This document shows positions 12,131-24,662 of a stretch of DNA of 64,000 bases, one piece after another. The position numbers and the translations under genes were made by a program. The DNA is from Eledone cirrhosa (lineage: Eukaryota), in NCBI GenBank assembly GCA_964016885.1, contig OZ024745.1:108190001-108254000 (forward strand). Direction: 5' to 3'. A model generated the notes under the pieces. It searched no databases. It was not told where the DNA came from and saw nothing but the letters and a program-made list of their open reading frames with translations. Positions within the stretch are counted from its first letter, which is position 1. Each line of letters opens with the position of its first letter.

Positions 12131-12184
<54 letters not shown>

Positions 12185-13842
12185 TATATATATATATCAA
12201 CATCATCATCATCGTTGTTTAACATCCATTGTCCACACTACCATGGGTTAGATGGGTTGTCCCATTTGAGGTAAGTTGGGTCAGGCGACTGTGTCGTACT
12301 TATATAGTACTGTTTCTAACTAGGTTTCTATGACTGGATGCCCTTCCTAATGGCAACCACCTTTACAGTGTGTGCTGGGTGCGTTTCATTGTGATTCCTA
12401 CACAACCACTTTACAGTGTGGGCTGGGTGCTTTTTGGCATGACACTGACACAACCCTTTTACAATGTGAGGTGGATATGTTTTGTTCACAGTGTAAAGGG
12501 TGATGTGGTCAGGAGTGGATGGGTGGAGGTATAGTGGTTAAGAGGTGCCTACTAGATGTGTGTTTGAGTTTCTGTGCATGGCAAAGCGTGTCTTCTGTAT
12601 TACATATACATATATACATAAATACACATGCACACACACGTGTGTGTGTGTGTGAGTATGTGTGTGTGTGTGTGTGCTTATATTTATGTTGCACCTCACA
12701 ACATAATCTAGTAATTAACAACTTCATTGTTAGAGCTAGACAAACTTGGAGACAGAGGGTAACCTGAAGGAGGATATGGAAGTTGAAAGATGCCTTAGCC
12801 AATAACAAATTCAGAGGTATTTTGCTTGATGCTTATGACTGTAAGGAAGACCAAATAGAGATATTCAATATAGGGGAGCATTGTTCAACTGCTATTACTT
12901 TATAGAGTGTACTGGGTACATCATGGCACCAGTCTTATAACTATTGCTTGTGGCAGTGATAGGATTAACAGTATCTTAACAATACTCCCAGGGCACCAGT
13001 GCTAGTGAGTTTTCTTTTTGTTGTTGCTGTTGTTGTTGTTTAGCACCAAATTGTCCTTGATCAAGAAAGTCTAGAGTCAAAGTTCCTTCTAATCATAATT
13101 ATCTAGTTTACTTTTTTAGGAACAGTATATCTGAAATAGCATTATCCAATGTGTCCCATCCTTTTTACGACAGCATGATGTGGTGTGGTTGGAGGGATAT
13201 TAAACTGATATTTCTAGCAAGTGGAATGATGACTTTGAGGCTAAAACCATTGTTACATTAAAATTAGTATATCTTGTCGTTTAGCCCCTGGTCAACCATA
13301 GTCAAGTCAGCTTATGACCAAAAGCATTCTAAGGTATAACCATCTTCTCGTTATTCCACACTGTATCTGGCAATACTTTAAGCAACTATAAAATGACAGT
13401 GTGTGATTTGGGGATCATTTGGCAGCAATTTCTAGCAGTTTGTATGACCATGTAAAGGCATCCTAATAAACTCAAAGTAAGTACTTAAATGTATTTGATT
13501 CAACAGTAATGTCTAACTTAACATGAAGTAGATGTTAAACAGGGACTGATATGTACATGTTCTGATTTAGTTCAAATATCTTCTCTCAATTTCTCTCTCT
13601 GTGCATGTGTGTGCATGTAAGATCACATACATTCACATAAATACTTGTACATAATATGGTCTTTTGACTGAAAGTTCTAGAACTAACATACATTGACATC
13701 ATAAAAACCAAAACTAAAGTATTGAATTTCCTGTTTTGTTGCAGAGTAAAAAAAAAAGGAACAAAAAAAAACCAAAAAAAAAAAAAAAAAAAAAAAAAAA
13801 TACTTGTAATACATATAAATGTAACACTAAAGAAGATTTTAC

Positions 13843-13931
13843 CGTCTTTCAGCCAAAAGGGAATTTCTAACAGCATGGAACGACTTTTGTTCTTTTTCTA
13901 GTTTCTCTGTTTTGGCTTGGTTAGCGCTCCT
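13843..13931 (-). CDS. Candidate host coding exon (RSANQAKTEKLEKEQKSFHAVRNSLLAER), coiled-coil-like
   Basis: AG acceptor (TTTTTCACCAACAG) and GTAA donor; phase-0 start matches the end of exon 16895-16974. Confidence 0.65.
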
Positions 13932-14515
13932 CTGTTGGTGAAAAAACAAACAGACCAAAAATAACAACAAGATCATGAAAAAAAACCCCAACATTAGTAG
14001 CACCAATAAATATCAAAACAAAGTGATCCTCATCCCCGACAGTTTAATGTCTTTTTTTCCCCATGTTTACATTGCTTAGACAAGTCTCACGCTTATAGCT
14101 ATTCTGCCCATCACCAACTTGTTTCTAGATCAATTTCAATCACTTTGGAACAATGTCAAGAATTTTGTTGTCCCCTCTTCTCAATTTACCTATGTCCTAA
14201 CCAATTTTTATAGTGTCGTACTTAGACTTATATGGCATAGATAATGTCACATAATGTGGTCAATTTTACTATAACTAAATGAACATATATTTATATATGA
14301 CATAGATAGTGTCACATAATCTAGTCAGTTTGCTATAATTAAATGAACATATATTTATTTACTCTTCTTTATATCATGCATTTATTTTCCCTGGACAATA
14401 GTGTTGTCGATTATAGGTTTCTAATGGGCTAATCACTGCTTCAGTGCATTTATGATGGTGACAGTGACAAATGTATGTCAGTACACATGGGATAAATACT
14501 ATAAGGTATTTTTAT

Positions 14516-14721
14516 TTAACCCTTTAGCATTTAAACTAGCCAGAATTCTCTCACCTCTTTTTGACAAAACAGCTATAACCGGCTGCTCATACTGACATTA
14601 AGGTATTGTTCTTAAAATAAATAATATCAAAATCTCATAGATTCGATATTGTGAGATATTATGTAAGATAAAGCCTTTAACACAAAAAATACAATAGTAT
14701 ATATAAATGCTAAAGGGTTAA
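14516..14721. mobile_element. piggyBac-type TTAA MITE (other copies 44007-44234, 55911-56138, 56575-56801, 58230-58458, 58623-58835, partial ~61685-61879)
   Basis: TTAA-CCCTTTAGCATTTA...TAAATGCTAAAGGG-TTAA termini and a shared internal sequence. Confidence 0.85.
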
Positions 14722-15084
14722 AGCAGTGATTTATTGACAAATTCCACAATGATGTCTATATCTTTTGTCGGTCTGCATGCATACAAAGACATACACACAT
14801 ACATAAAATTATATATATTTGAAAATATAATTTTAAGCTTTCACCATATTTTGATAACAGAAAATAGCCTATTAATATAACATATATGTCTAAATAATGG
14901 GGAAAAAATGGGCATCAGCACACATGGCAATTTTTTTTCTATTATGGAGTACTATATGCCATATTATTAGATTATTTTCTGTAGTCAAGATATGGTGAAA
15001 GTTTAAAATTCTATTTTAAAATTTGCAATTGCCACCATATTCTAAAAAAACACATGCTGACAAATATGTTTATCTTAGCCCACA

Positions 15085-15650
15085 TTGTAGGGTGGTCATT
15101 TAGGTGTCACATCAAAAAGCACCCAGCTCATACTGTAAGGTAACCGTGTAGGTGTTACGACAAAAAGCACCCAGCTGACACTGTAAAGTGGTTGTGTTGG
15201 TGTCACAACAAAAAGCACCCAGCCAACACTGTAAAGTGGTTGTGTTGGTGTCACGACAAAAAGCACCCAGCCCACACTGTAAAGTGGTTGTGTTGGTGTC
15301 ACGACAAAAAGCACCCAGCCGACACTGTAAAGTGGTTGTGTTGGTGTCATGACAAAAAGCACCCAGCCGACACTGTAAAGTGGTTGTGTTGGTGTCACGA
15401 CAAAAAGCACCCAGCCGACACTGTAAAGTGGTTGTGTTGGTGTCACGACAAAAAGCACCCAGCCCACACTGTAAAGTGGTCATGTAGGTATTATGACAAA
15501 AAGCACTCAGTCCATGCTGTAGAGTGGTCATGTAGGAGTCACGATAAAAAGCACCCAGCACACACTGTAAATGTGATTGGCATTAGGAAGGGCATTCAGC
15601 TGTAGAAATCTAGCCAGAAACAGTTCCATATGAGCAAGACATGGTCACCT
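15085..15650 (+). repeat. 51-bp minisatellite (~9 units) expanded inside an RTE/SINE 3' UTR module
   Basis: Unit AAAAAGCACCCAGCCGACACTGTAAAGTGGTTGTGTTGGTGTCACGAC, ending in AGGAAGGGCATTCAGCTGTAGAAA. Confidence 0.9.
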
Positions 15651-15658
15651 GCTAATAT

Positions 15659-15845
15659 AATTGTTTCTACTTTAGGCACAAGGCCAGCAATTAACCAGTT
15701 CCTTACTGGTACTTTATTTTATCGACCCCGTAAGGATGAAAGGCAAAGTCAACCTCGGCGGGATTTGAACTCAGATCATAAAGGGACGTAACTATGCTGG
15801 AAAGCATGGCGTCCGACCCTCTACCGATACTGCCAATCCACCTGC
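15659..15845 (-). mobile_element. tRNA-derived SINE (further copies ~28242-28422, 29915-30100, 40775-41160, 46495-46860, 55082-55370, 61045-61685)
   Basis: Reverse complement of the 188-bp unit; flanked by the direct repeat CACCTGCTAATATAAT. Confidence 0.85.
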
Positions 15846-16894
15846 TAATATAATGTCAATGGTTCTGAAATGACATCACCACTGTTTTCATTAAAAAACA
15901 ACTTTTTACAAAATGTTTATCTGTAATGAGTTTTCAAAGCCTGAATTATTTCCAAATCCAATGGTTGTGTGATGAATACATGCAAGAGAAAACTTTAATA
16001 AGAGGAAATCAGAAGGCTAAAAGACAGCCATTAAAGCAAGGAAGAATATTTAAAAAATTAGTGTCTCTTTTATTTTCACAACTGCATAAAAAATGTGGTG
16101 TATAACTCAAATATTAATTACAAATACAAAAAAGAATGAAATGCAGTGAGTGCATTTAATTTTTCTAAGTATTAATGAATGCTAGGTTAAATGATAAATG
16201 AATTGTGAATGCAAATTGGTCTTGTTAAAAAACACACAAACAACAGCATGTCATAAAGAGAAGGCATAGCAAGAAAAGTTGCAAGCTTGAATACTCAGTG
16301 TAGCATACAAATCCAGCAAGCATGGATTGAGGAAGAATTTTCTAGATTTTTTAAGGAGCTGAAATTTCCATCCTGTTTTCATGCTATCACATGACCAAAC
16401 ATTTCTAAAATGTTTTATGAATAAAAAAGAGGATAGTCTTAAATCTTTGATATGAGAGTTAACAGGTCATTGTATCCAACAAAAGGTATAAATCAGGGCT
16501 ACAAATATATCATTTGTAAGGGAGAGAGAGAGAGAGAGAGAGAGAGATTGGGGGGGGGGGGGTCAATGGCTGCAACAAGATAGATCCATTTCCTGTATCC
16601 AAAAGTATGATAAGTCTATTCTACAGTTGTAAAACTGCAGTATAAGGTAACAGAAGATACTGCATCTAAACATTATCTAAATGAGGAAGTTTTCTATATG
16701 CAGAATAATTGTCCATCAACAGTAAGGTTTGGTGTTTTACCTTCTTCCTTTCCTATCTGAGCAAGACACGGTCATCTGACCCAACTTGCCTCAAATGGGA
16801 CAACCCGTCTAACCCATTCTAGCATGGAATGTGGATATTAAACGATGATGATGATGATAATAAGGTATCAAAAGGGTTAAAATATTCTAGTTAC

Positions 16895-16974
16895 CTCACT
16901 TCTTAAAAGTTTTAATTCTGCTTCCATCTCTGTTTTCTGACCATCAGCTTTTAACTGAAGAAGGTGCTCATAAT
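16895..16974 (-). CDS. Candidate host coding exon (YEHLLQLKADGQKTEMEAELKLLRSE), coiled-coil-like
   Basis: Strong pyrimidine tract TTTTTTTTCTTCTATACAG, GTAAC donor, open frame in non-repetitive sequence. Confidence 0.7.
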
Positions 16975-17689
16975 CTGTATAGAAGAAAAAAATCAGAAAA
17001 TAGTGATAATGGCACAACATTCTCACCACTGCCACATTGCTTAAGACTAATTCTTTGGGAATTGCTCGCCACACATGCCTGGAAATAATTCTCGCCAGCT
17101 ATATATACATATATAGATACCACCTCTCCTTCTCAACTGAATAAAAATATTATATGCATGTATTTATGACTGAATGCTAGTCTACACCATAGATTACTAT
17201 TAAATCACCTATGAAATCTCTATGCAGAGTTAAACTTTCTTCAGCAAATCTCCCTGAATAAAAGCTGATGTTGTTTAGTCCCAGGCAAGCCTTGAACCAC
17301 CAGAACTATAACCAACAGTTTTCCAGCAGTGACTATTCAGACAAGTAGAGAGAAATAAGTGCTTTACAGCTTAATTCTATATCTGATTTCAATTTATCCA
17401 ATGCTAAAATTATAGCAATTTATGCCATTAAGCATTTTCACTATTGTGTAGTGTTTCAAATTATTATTGATGTGAAACTCTACAAAGTCATTAGTTTATA
17501 CTATGGCAACTCTTTATTGATCTTTCCAAATCATTTCCTGAAAGTCATCTTTACACCATGGACAAGGGATAAGTCACAAACAGAATTGTTGTGAATAAAC
17601 ATTAGCTCCTCTTTGTCAAATTGTTGATTGTCAATTTAACGAATCTTCAGGCTCTGTGCTAAAAAAATCTCAGTTACTCACATCTATAA

Positions 17690-18155
17690 CATCATCACCG
17701 TTTTACGTCCGTTCTTCCACGCTAGCATGGGTTAGACGGGTTGTCCTGCTGTGGGCAGTGTCTGGTCGGCTGACCATGCCTTGCTCATACAGGAACTGAT
17801 TTGGCTTGATTTCTACAGCTGGATGCCCTTCCTAACACCAACCTCATTTACAGTGAGTGCTGGGTGCTTTTTCGTGGCGCCTACGCATTCACTTTACAGT
17901 GTGGGCTGGGTGCTTTTTTGCCGTGGCACCTCCACGACCACCTTGCGGTGGGGGGGGGGGCATATTGTCTATATGCTTCAGCTTGTACCCATGGGAGGTC
18001 AGGTACTCTGTATTACTGCGTGACGCCAGAAGTCACGGCCGTGTGTCATTACCTTTGAGAGGTGTAATTGGGTAAGGTCGGCTTTTATCACCTCATCCCA
18101 GGTCATCTTGGGTCTCCCCACTCCGCGGTTTCCATCAACTTCTAGTGCTCTGCAT
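17690..18155 (-). mobile_element. RTE LINE extreme 3' end plus 3' UTR
   Basis: Minus-strand CRALEVDGNRGVGRPKMTWDEVIK followed by the AGGAAGGGCATCCAGCTGTAGAAA module and a GGACGTAAAACGGTGATGATG tail. Confidence 0.75.
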
Positions 18156-18671
18156 CTATACCATAATTTTTAAAAGTCAGTTTTATATTCATATTTTTCT
18201 ATGGAATATCACAATCTCATGTGCTGACTACATCTAGCATCAAGACCGAATTATTGTTGTTGTTGGCCAGTCCTGACAAAGTTATTGTTGCTGGATAGGT
18301 TTGACTCAGTAGGTTTATGATCACAGGTGTTGCATCCCATCTTTTTTTCAAAGCTGGTATACCTAGGATTACATGATTATCCAAATGGCTAACAAATCAC
18401 AGCTGCGTTATTGCAAAAATGAAATTTACCAACATACAAATTAATTAATAACCTATACTGCAACTGTAAAGTGACTAACAAAATTATATTGTGGCTATAA
18501 AACAGAATAGATAAAATAGCAGAAAGAATTATCAGATTTGAGGGGATAGAATAGCAAAAACTCTGTAGTGTAATGTGTAATGCGTTTACTTGACAAGTGA
18601 TAGATGCTTGGTTTAGATTCTGTCAGTGAGCCTGTTGCTCTTTTCTATCTCAAATTAGTGCTTATAATGCT

Positions 18672-19989
18672 TGATGTCATTTAGATATTAATGTTTTTAC
18701 CCTCTAAATCACAACACATGAAGACATACCTGAGTTCAGCAGGTAAGAATATATGCCTAACTAAATATACATTAAAAGAAAAAAAAGCACAGTTCTGGTT
18801 TCACAAAATTCTCCATTTCTCATCTAATTCTTCAGCTGTTGGGGAATAAATTCTATGGTTTCTTCCTTGACCTCCCCCCAAAGAAAAAATAAAAGTTTTA
18901 GCAGACATTCACTCTTCCTTCCCTCTCCCCCACCCCCTCTCTCACACACACAAGAGAAGACAAAACAAAAACATACACATTGATGTATAGTTATTTTTGT
19001 CCTGTGTACATGAAGTTTTGACTGTGTATACATATACAGGAGAAGGAGAGATAGGGTTGAGAGGGAAAGTGGGCAACATAGAGATTTTATAATAAACAAG
19101 CATTTCAGTATATGACACATAAGAAAAGAAATAAACATTTATTGGCAGGAGGCAAGCTGCAACATAAACATTAGGGTGTAGTGTTAGTTATGTGTGTGTG
19201 TGTGATTATATATGGGTGTGGGTGTATGTTTATTTCTCCAGTAGAAGATGAGTTAAAGAGAAAGAGGTCTAGAAACAGTTGAGATTTTAAATAAAATGTC
19301 AAAGCACAAAACAAACAAGATATCTTACTGCCTAAACACATTAGACATTATCGTATGTGTGTGTACTGTAGCATGTGTATCTGTGTATCATAGACACATA
19401 CACATAATGGTATATAGTTATACACGCACACAAATAACTATATGTATTAACTATGCACACATGACCCTTTAGAATGCAAATAATTTTAATTTATGTAATT
19501 GAAGCATTTATTCATTGAGAGTGCCTTGTAACTAATTAGAAATTAGTTAGGGCTATGACCATAGTCTACACATGCATGCATGTATGTGTGTATATCATGA
19601 CTCATACACTGTTCACTTTCCTGACATTTGTACAATACTCTATGTACTATACATAGACCTTTGATGAGTTGTAGTGCACCTGAGCACTGTACATAATAAT
19701 TTTCTTTATTATTATTATATGAAAATATAAAAACAGAAAGAATGAATCTTAAATATATGTCATGTTTACAGTTTGGCAACCTTCTGGAATATCTAGATAT
19801 TTCAGTGACTGTTTGTCTCTTCAGCTGGTGCAATATCAGACAGATTCCTCCGAATTTTCTGAAACCAGAACTCTCCTATTTCTTTTTAATATATATTTAG
19901 TTGGGCATATACTCTTACCTGCTGAACTCAGGTATGATTTCATGTGTTGTGATTTGGAGGGTAAAAACATTAATATCTAAATGACATCA
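18672..19989. repeat. Diverged ~140-bp inverted repeat (18672-18811 / 19852-19989)
   Basis: GATGTCATTTAGATATTAATGTTTTTACCCTC...CCTGAGTTCAGCAGGTAAGA...TTCTGGTTTCA is the reverse complement of 19852-19989 with scattered mismatches. Confidence 0.85.
19770..19976 (-). CDS. Possible exon pair 19919-19976 and 19770-19858 with a 60-bp GT-AG intron
   Basis: CAG|GTAAGA donor and TTCTGGTTTCAG acceptor; joined frame INVFTLQITTHEIIPEFSRKFGGICLILHQLKRQTVTEISRYSRRLPN is open and phase-compatible with 16974. Could be non-coding. Confidence 0.3.
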
Positions 19990-20012
19990 GATTTTTTGTG
20001 TATATATATATA

Positions 20013-20352
20013 TCATCATCATCATCATCATCATCATTTTATGTCCACTTTTCCCTGCTTGCAAGGGTGGGACAGGAACTGATTCTGGCTTGATTTCTAC
20101 AGCTGGATGCCCTTCCTAACACCAACCTCATTTACAGTGAGTGCCGGGTGGTTTTTGCCGTGGCACCTACACGACCACTTTGCAGTGGAATGATAGCAAC
20201 CACAGTCCCTATCATCTCATTTCTACAGCTGAGTAAACTGGAGCAATGTGAAATAAAGTGTCTTGCTCAAGGAAACAACACATCACCCGGTGAATTGAAC
20301 TCACAACCTTTCGATTGCAAGGCCAATGCTCTAACCACTAAGCCATGTGCCT

Positions 20353-20355
<3 letters not shown>
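20013..20355 (-). mobile_element. tRNA-derived CORE-like SINE with RTE-derived tail (copies 45810-46155, 56858-57305, 62435-62790, diverged ~54000-54320)
   Basis: tRNA head TGGCTTAGTGGTTAGAGC...GTTCAATTC, CORE-like CCTTGAGCAAGACACTT, AGGAAGGGCATCCAGCTGTAGAAA module, (GAT)n tail shared with RTE 3' ends. Confidence 0.85.
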
Positions 20356-20411
<56 letters not shown>

Positions 20412-20555
20412 TATTTTCCGTTGTGTTGTAATATAAATATTACACACAGTAGATTATCAGCTCACGTAGAGTTTGCTCGACGGTTCCAGTTGTAGTTCCA
20501 AAAGTAATCCGGAGAAAAATAGAAAGATTTGAATGGATACAGTTTAGTTGAAAGG

Positions 20556-20679
20556 AATTTATTGACACGTGTTTCTATAACAGTTACATAACCTAAAACA
20601 GCTATCTACAAACTTTTAGTTATGCAGACATTCAATATTTCAATGTTATTATTTACTGTCATTTCATCAGAATAATATT
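20556..20679 (-). ncRNA. Hammerhead motif in left pseudo-LTR
   Basis: Reverse-complement copy of 24505-24628; stem I TTATT/AATAA. Confidence 0.65.
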
Positions 20680-21219
20680 ACTGAGGACCTATTTAGTTTT
20701 TATAGAGAATATTAGGAGGGAGGGGTGAAGTTGTTAGAAGAATAGTTGAAGGAGTGGTTTTTCGATAGCAGTGAGAATTCTTGGTGGCAGTGAGTAATTA
20801 GATTCCCATCTGTCGTTTTGACATTTTTTATAGAATATATTATTGGTTATTTTTCTAAATCTATAGAAGGATTAGAGATAGTAAAGATATGCGTGGTTGG
20901 TTTTGTGTTTGCACTTAATTAACATTCAGACTTAAATTTTTCTTTCAAGTGTATGTATCCTTTCACCCACAAATATATTTGCACACCTCTACAAAATACA
21001 TATACTCACAATTCACATATTCATACTTACATATATATACACATGCATACACATATATATACACACATGTATTCATATACATACATACGCGCTCATGTGT
21101 ATACATTTTCATACTCAACTTATCTTTATATACACACGTATAGACACACTCATATATACATACATACTCTAGTCCATGTGTACACACATACACATACTTA
21201 CACATCCATATACACATAT

Positions 21220-21294
<75 letters not shown>

Positions 21295-21608
21295 CATACA
21301 CACATACATACACATACACATACACACATATACATACATACATATATATAAGCACTTTAATACATGAATACACTTACATCTAACTATACACATCAAACAT
21401 ATATATATATTTACTTATTTATATACATTTTCACATATATATACATACTTATGGACGTTTTTAGACACATTCATTATCGCATATTTGTACCTATTCTCAT
21501 CAGCATATCTTTTCATTATTAGTATGGTAATTTAAGGTTATTAATATATGTTGAGAAGAGATTGTTTTTATATTTTTCTAACTAGATTAAGGTTTATATA
21601 GTTGGGGG

Positions 21609-23546
21609 ATGGATTGCACTACATACAACAACTTCATTCGAAAAGAATTACATAAAAAATATAGAAAAACGAGTGAAGTAACCCTTAAGCACATCAATGA
21701 TGAGGCATGCGAAATAGTGAAAAATCTCGGAATCGAAGATAGGACAGGACCACTCTTACCGGCGGTACCCACCTTCAATCTTAAGGACCACAAGGTAAAC
21801 TTTGATAATGACCCTAAAATTAGATTAATCTGCCCCTCTAAATCAGATATAGGTAAAATAAGCAAATATATCTTAGATAGAATCATCCCCCAAATTAAGG
21901 CTAAGGTTAACATTAAACTCTGGGGGAAGACCCAAGAAGCAATAAGATGGTTTAATAGCATTAGCAATAAGAATAAATCTAAGTTTATCCAGTTTGATAT
22001 CGATGAATATTACTCATCGATATCACCTGAAACTTTGAATAGAGCCATTAAGTTTGCTAAGGATAACTCTGACCTTACAAACGATGAAATTAAGATTATA
22101 TTACAAGCTAGGAAAACTATAGTCAAATTTGAGAACAGTTATTGGGTACGTAAAGATAGACCCTCTAACTTTGACATAACAATGGGCTCTAACGATTCGG
22201 CGGAAATAACTGATATTGTGGGGTTATTTATCGCCTTTAGACTCCAGGAAAAATTCAGCAATCTCCACGGCGGAATATACCGCGACGATGTTCTCCTCCT
22301 AGCTAAAAACCTTAATAACCAAAAACTAGAAAAACTACGCAAAGATATAAGAAAACTACTACTCGAAATAGGACTAACTATAACATATGAATACAACCTT
22401 AAAGTAGTTAACTTCCTGGATGTCACACTCAATTTAAACTCTGGTTTGATTAAACCGTTTCATAAATTGAATGAAAATCTCAAATACGTAAATGTTGGGT
22501 CTAACCACCCCATCTCTATAATAAAATCTATCCCTAAAAATATTTCCCTTAGAATCTCGAGTCTATCTTCTAACATACAAGTATTTAAGGAACACGCCGA
22601 GTACTACGATAACGCCCTTAGTAAAGCAGGCTACCTCAACAAAATAGAGTACATAGATGGGAACAATCAAAACACCCAAAATAAATCCCACATAGGTAGA
22701 TATAATAACACAACACCAAACCACACTTACTACCATAGTATGCACACCAGTAAACCAACAAACAAAACTAATAGAAAGCGATGCAAAGAGTACTTATGGT
22801 ATAACCCCGAATACAATAGCTCCATTAGTACAAATTTACCAGTACTCTTCTTTAAAATAATTAAAAGACATTTTCCCACATCACACAAATACCATAAAAT
22901 CCTAAACCCTACCACTATAAGACTGTCATACTCTACAGCGTTAAACCTTGAACAACACATAAAAAAGATCAATACTAGAAGGTTAAACGAAAACACTAAG
23001 AACTTAAGTACAAAGAACACAAAAAAAACAGTAGACAATACACTACAGAACATAAATAAACCACACCTAAGTTCGTCCGCAATACTACTCCAGAGAAAAC
23101 CCAACGTACACAACTGTAACTGCACCTATCCTGACAACTGCCCCCTCGGCAATAACTGCCTGGAAAAAAATATTATTTATAAGTGTACCATTAAATCCGG
23201 AGGCAACGAGTGGTATTACGTGGGATCAACGGCAACATCGTTTAAATCTCGATTGTATAGGCATTCTTACTCAATAAAACACCAGAGCCAAAGAAATGTA
23301 ACAACTTTAGCAGAAAAAGCTTGGACGCTCAGGGATAGCGACCAAAAGTTTACCCTAAAATGGGAAAAATTAGCTAAAACCCAAAGCTTTTCCAGGAGCC
23401 AAAATTTCTGCAAATTGTGTAATCTTGAGATTTATTACATAATCACACACAAGAAGAAACTGCTGAATAACAGAATTGAACGAACATTATTCTGCCGTCA
23501 CAGAACTAAAACCCTTTTTTCCCACTACAAGCCGAATATTACATAA
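21609..23546 (+). CDS. Penelope-like reverse transcriptase with C-terminal GIY-YIG endonuclease, probably 5'-truncated
   Basis: RT motifs KDHK..RLI, FIQFDIDEYYSSI, ITMGS, IYRDD, VNFLDV, SNHP; linker CxCx5Cx5C; endonuclease NIIYKC..YYVGST..FKSRLYRH..CKLCNLE..LLN..CRH; 645 aa with no stops. Confidence 0.93.
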   Translation: MDCTTYNNFIRKELHKKYRKTSEVTLKHINDEACEIVKNLGIEDRTGPLLPAVPTFNLKDHKVNFDNDPKIRLICPSKSDIGKISKYILDRIIPQIKAKVNIKLWGKTQEAIRWFNSISNKNKSKFIQFDIDEYYSSISPETLNRAIKFAKDNSDLTNDEIKIILQARKTIVKFENSYWVRKDRPSNFDITMGSNDSAEITDIVGLFIAFRLQEKFSNLHGGIYRDDVLLLAKNLNNQKLEKLRKDIRKLLLEIGLTITYEYNLKVVNFLDVTLNLNSGLIKPFHKLNENLKYVNVGSNHPISIIKSIPKNISLRISSLSSNIQVFKEHAEYYDNALSKAGYLNKIEYIDGNNQNTQNKSHIGRYNNTTPNHTYYHSMHTSKPTNKTNRKRCKEYLWYNPEYNSSISTNLPVLFFKIIKRHFPTSHKYHKILNPTTIRLSYSTALNLEQHIKKINTRRLNENTKNLSTKNTKKTVDNTLQNINKPHLSSSAILLQRKPNVHNCNCTYPDNCPLGNNCLEKNIIYKCTIKSGGNEWYYVGSTATSFKSRLYRHSYSIKHQSQRNVTTLAEKAWTLRDSDQKFTLKWEKLAKTQSFSRSQNFCKLCNLEIYYIITHKKKLLNNRIERTLFCRHRTKTLFSHYKPNIT

Positions 23547-23658
23547 AAGAGGGACATCCCCCAACTATATAAACCTTAATCTAGTTAGAAAAATATAAAA
23601 ACAATCTCTTCTCAACATATATTAATAACCTTAAATTACCATACTAATAATGAAAAGA

Positions 23659-23716
23659 TATGCTGATGAGAATAGGTACAAATATGCGATAATGAATGTG
23701 TCTAAAAACGTCCATA
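23659..23716 (+). ncRNA. Degenerate second hammerhead-like motif (GAAA reads AAAA)
   Basis: TATG CTGATGA ...AGGTACA/TGTGTCT... AAAA CGTC CATA; same sequence in both arms. Confidence 0.35.
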
Positions 23717-23881
23717 AGTATGTATATATATGTGAAAATGTATATAAATAAGTAAATATATATATATGTTTGATGTGTATAGTTAGATGTAAGTGTATTC
23801 ATGTATTAAAGTGCTTATATATATGTATGTATGTATATGTGTGTATGTGTATGTGTATGTATGTGTGTATGTATGTATATA

Positions 23882-23964
<83 letters not shown>

Positions 23965-24504
23965 ATATGTGTATATGGATGTGTAAGTATGTGTATGTGT
24001 GTACACATGGACTAGAGTATGTATGTATATATGAGTGTGTCTATACGTGTGTATATAAAGATAAGTTGAGTATGAAAATGTATACACATGAGCGCGTATG
24101 TATGTATATGAATACATGTGTGTATATATATGTGTATGCATGTGTATATATATGTAAGTATGAATATGTGAATTGTGAGTATATGTATTTTGTAGAGGTG
24201 TGCAAATATATTTGTGGGTGAAAGGATACGTACACTTGAAAGAAAAATTTAAGTCTGAATGTTAATTAAGTGCAAACACAAAACCAACCACGCATATCTT
24301 TACTATCTCTAATCCTTCTATAGATTTAGAAAAATAACCAATAATATATTCTATAAAAAATGTCAAAACAACAGATGGGAATCTAATTACTCACTGCCAC
24401 CAAGAATTCTCACTGCTATCGAAAAACCACTCCTTCAACTATTCTTCTAACAACTTCACCCCTCCCTCCTAATATTCTCTATAAAAACTAAATAGGTCCT
24501 CAGT

Positions 24505-24628
24505 AATAATATTCTGATGAAATGACAGTAAATAATAACATTGAAATATTGAATGTCTGCATAACTAAAAGTTTGTAGATAGCTGTTTTAGGTTATGTAA
24601 CTGTTATAGAAACACGTGTCAATAAATT
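24505..24628 (+). ncRNA. Hammerhead motif in right pseudo-LTR with long stem II
   Basis: CTGATGA 24514-24520; stem II ATGACAGT/ACTGTTAT with inner helix TGCATAACTAAAA/TTTTAGGTTATGTA; GAAA 24609-24612; palindromic CACGTG; GUC; AATAAA. Confidence 0.7.
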
Positions 24629-24662
24629 CCTTTCAACTAAACTGTATCCATTCAAATCTTTC

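Noticed and set aside
15096-15605. 17-aa repeat ORFs or CRISPR-like periodicity
   Set aside because: A 51-bp tandem repeat with no unique spacers, in eukaryotic TE context.
21587-23125. Antisense ORFs within the PLE (and within the RTE at 35287-36102)
   Set aside because: Shadow frames of real coding sequence with no motifs.
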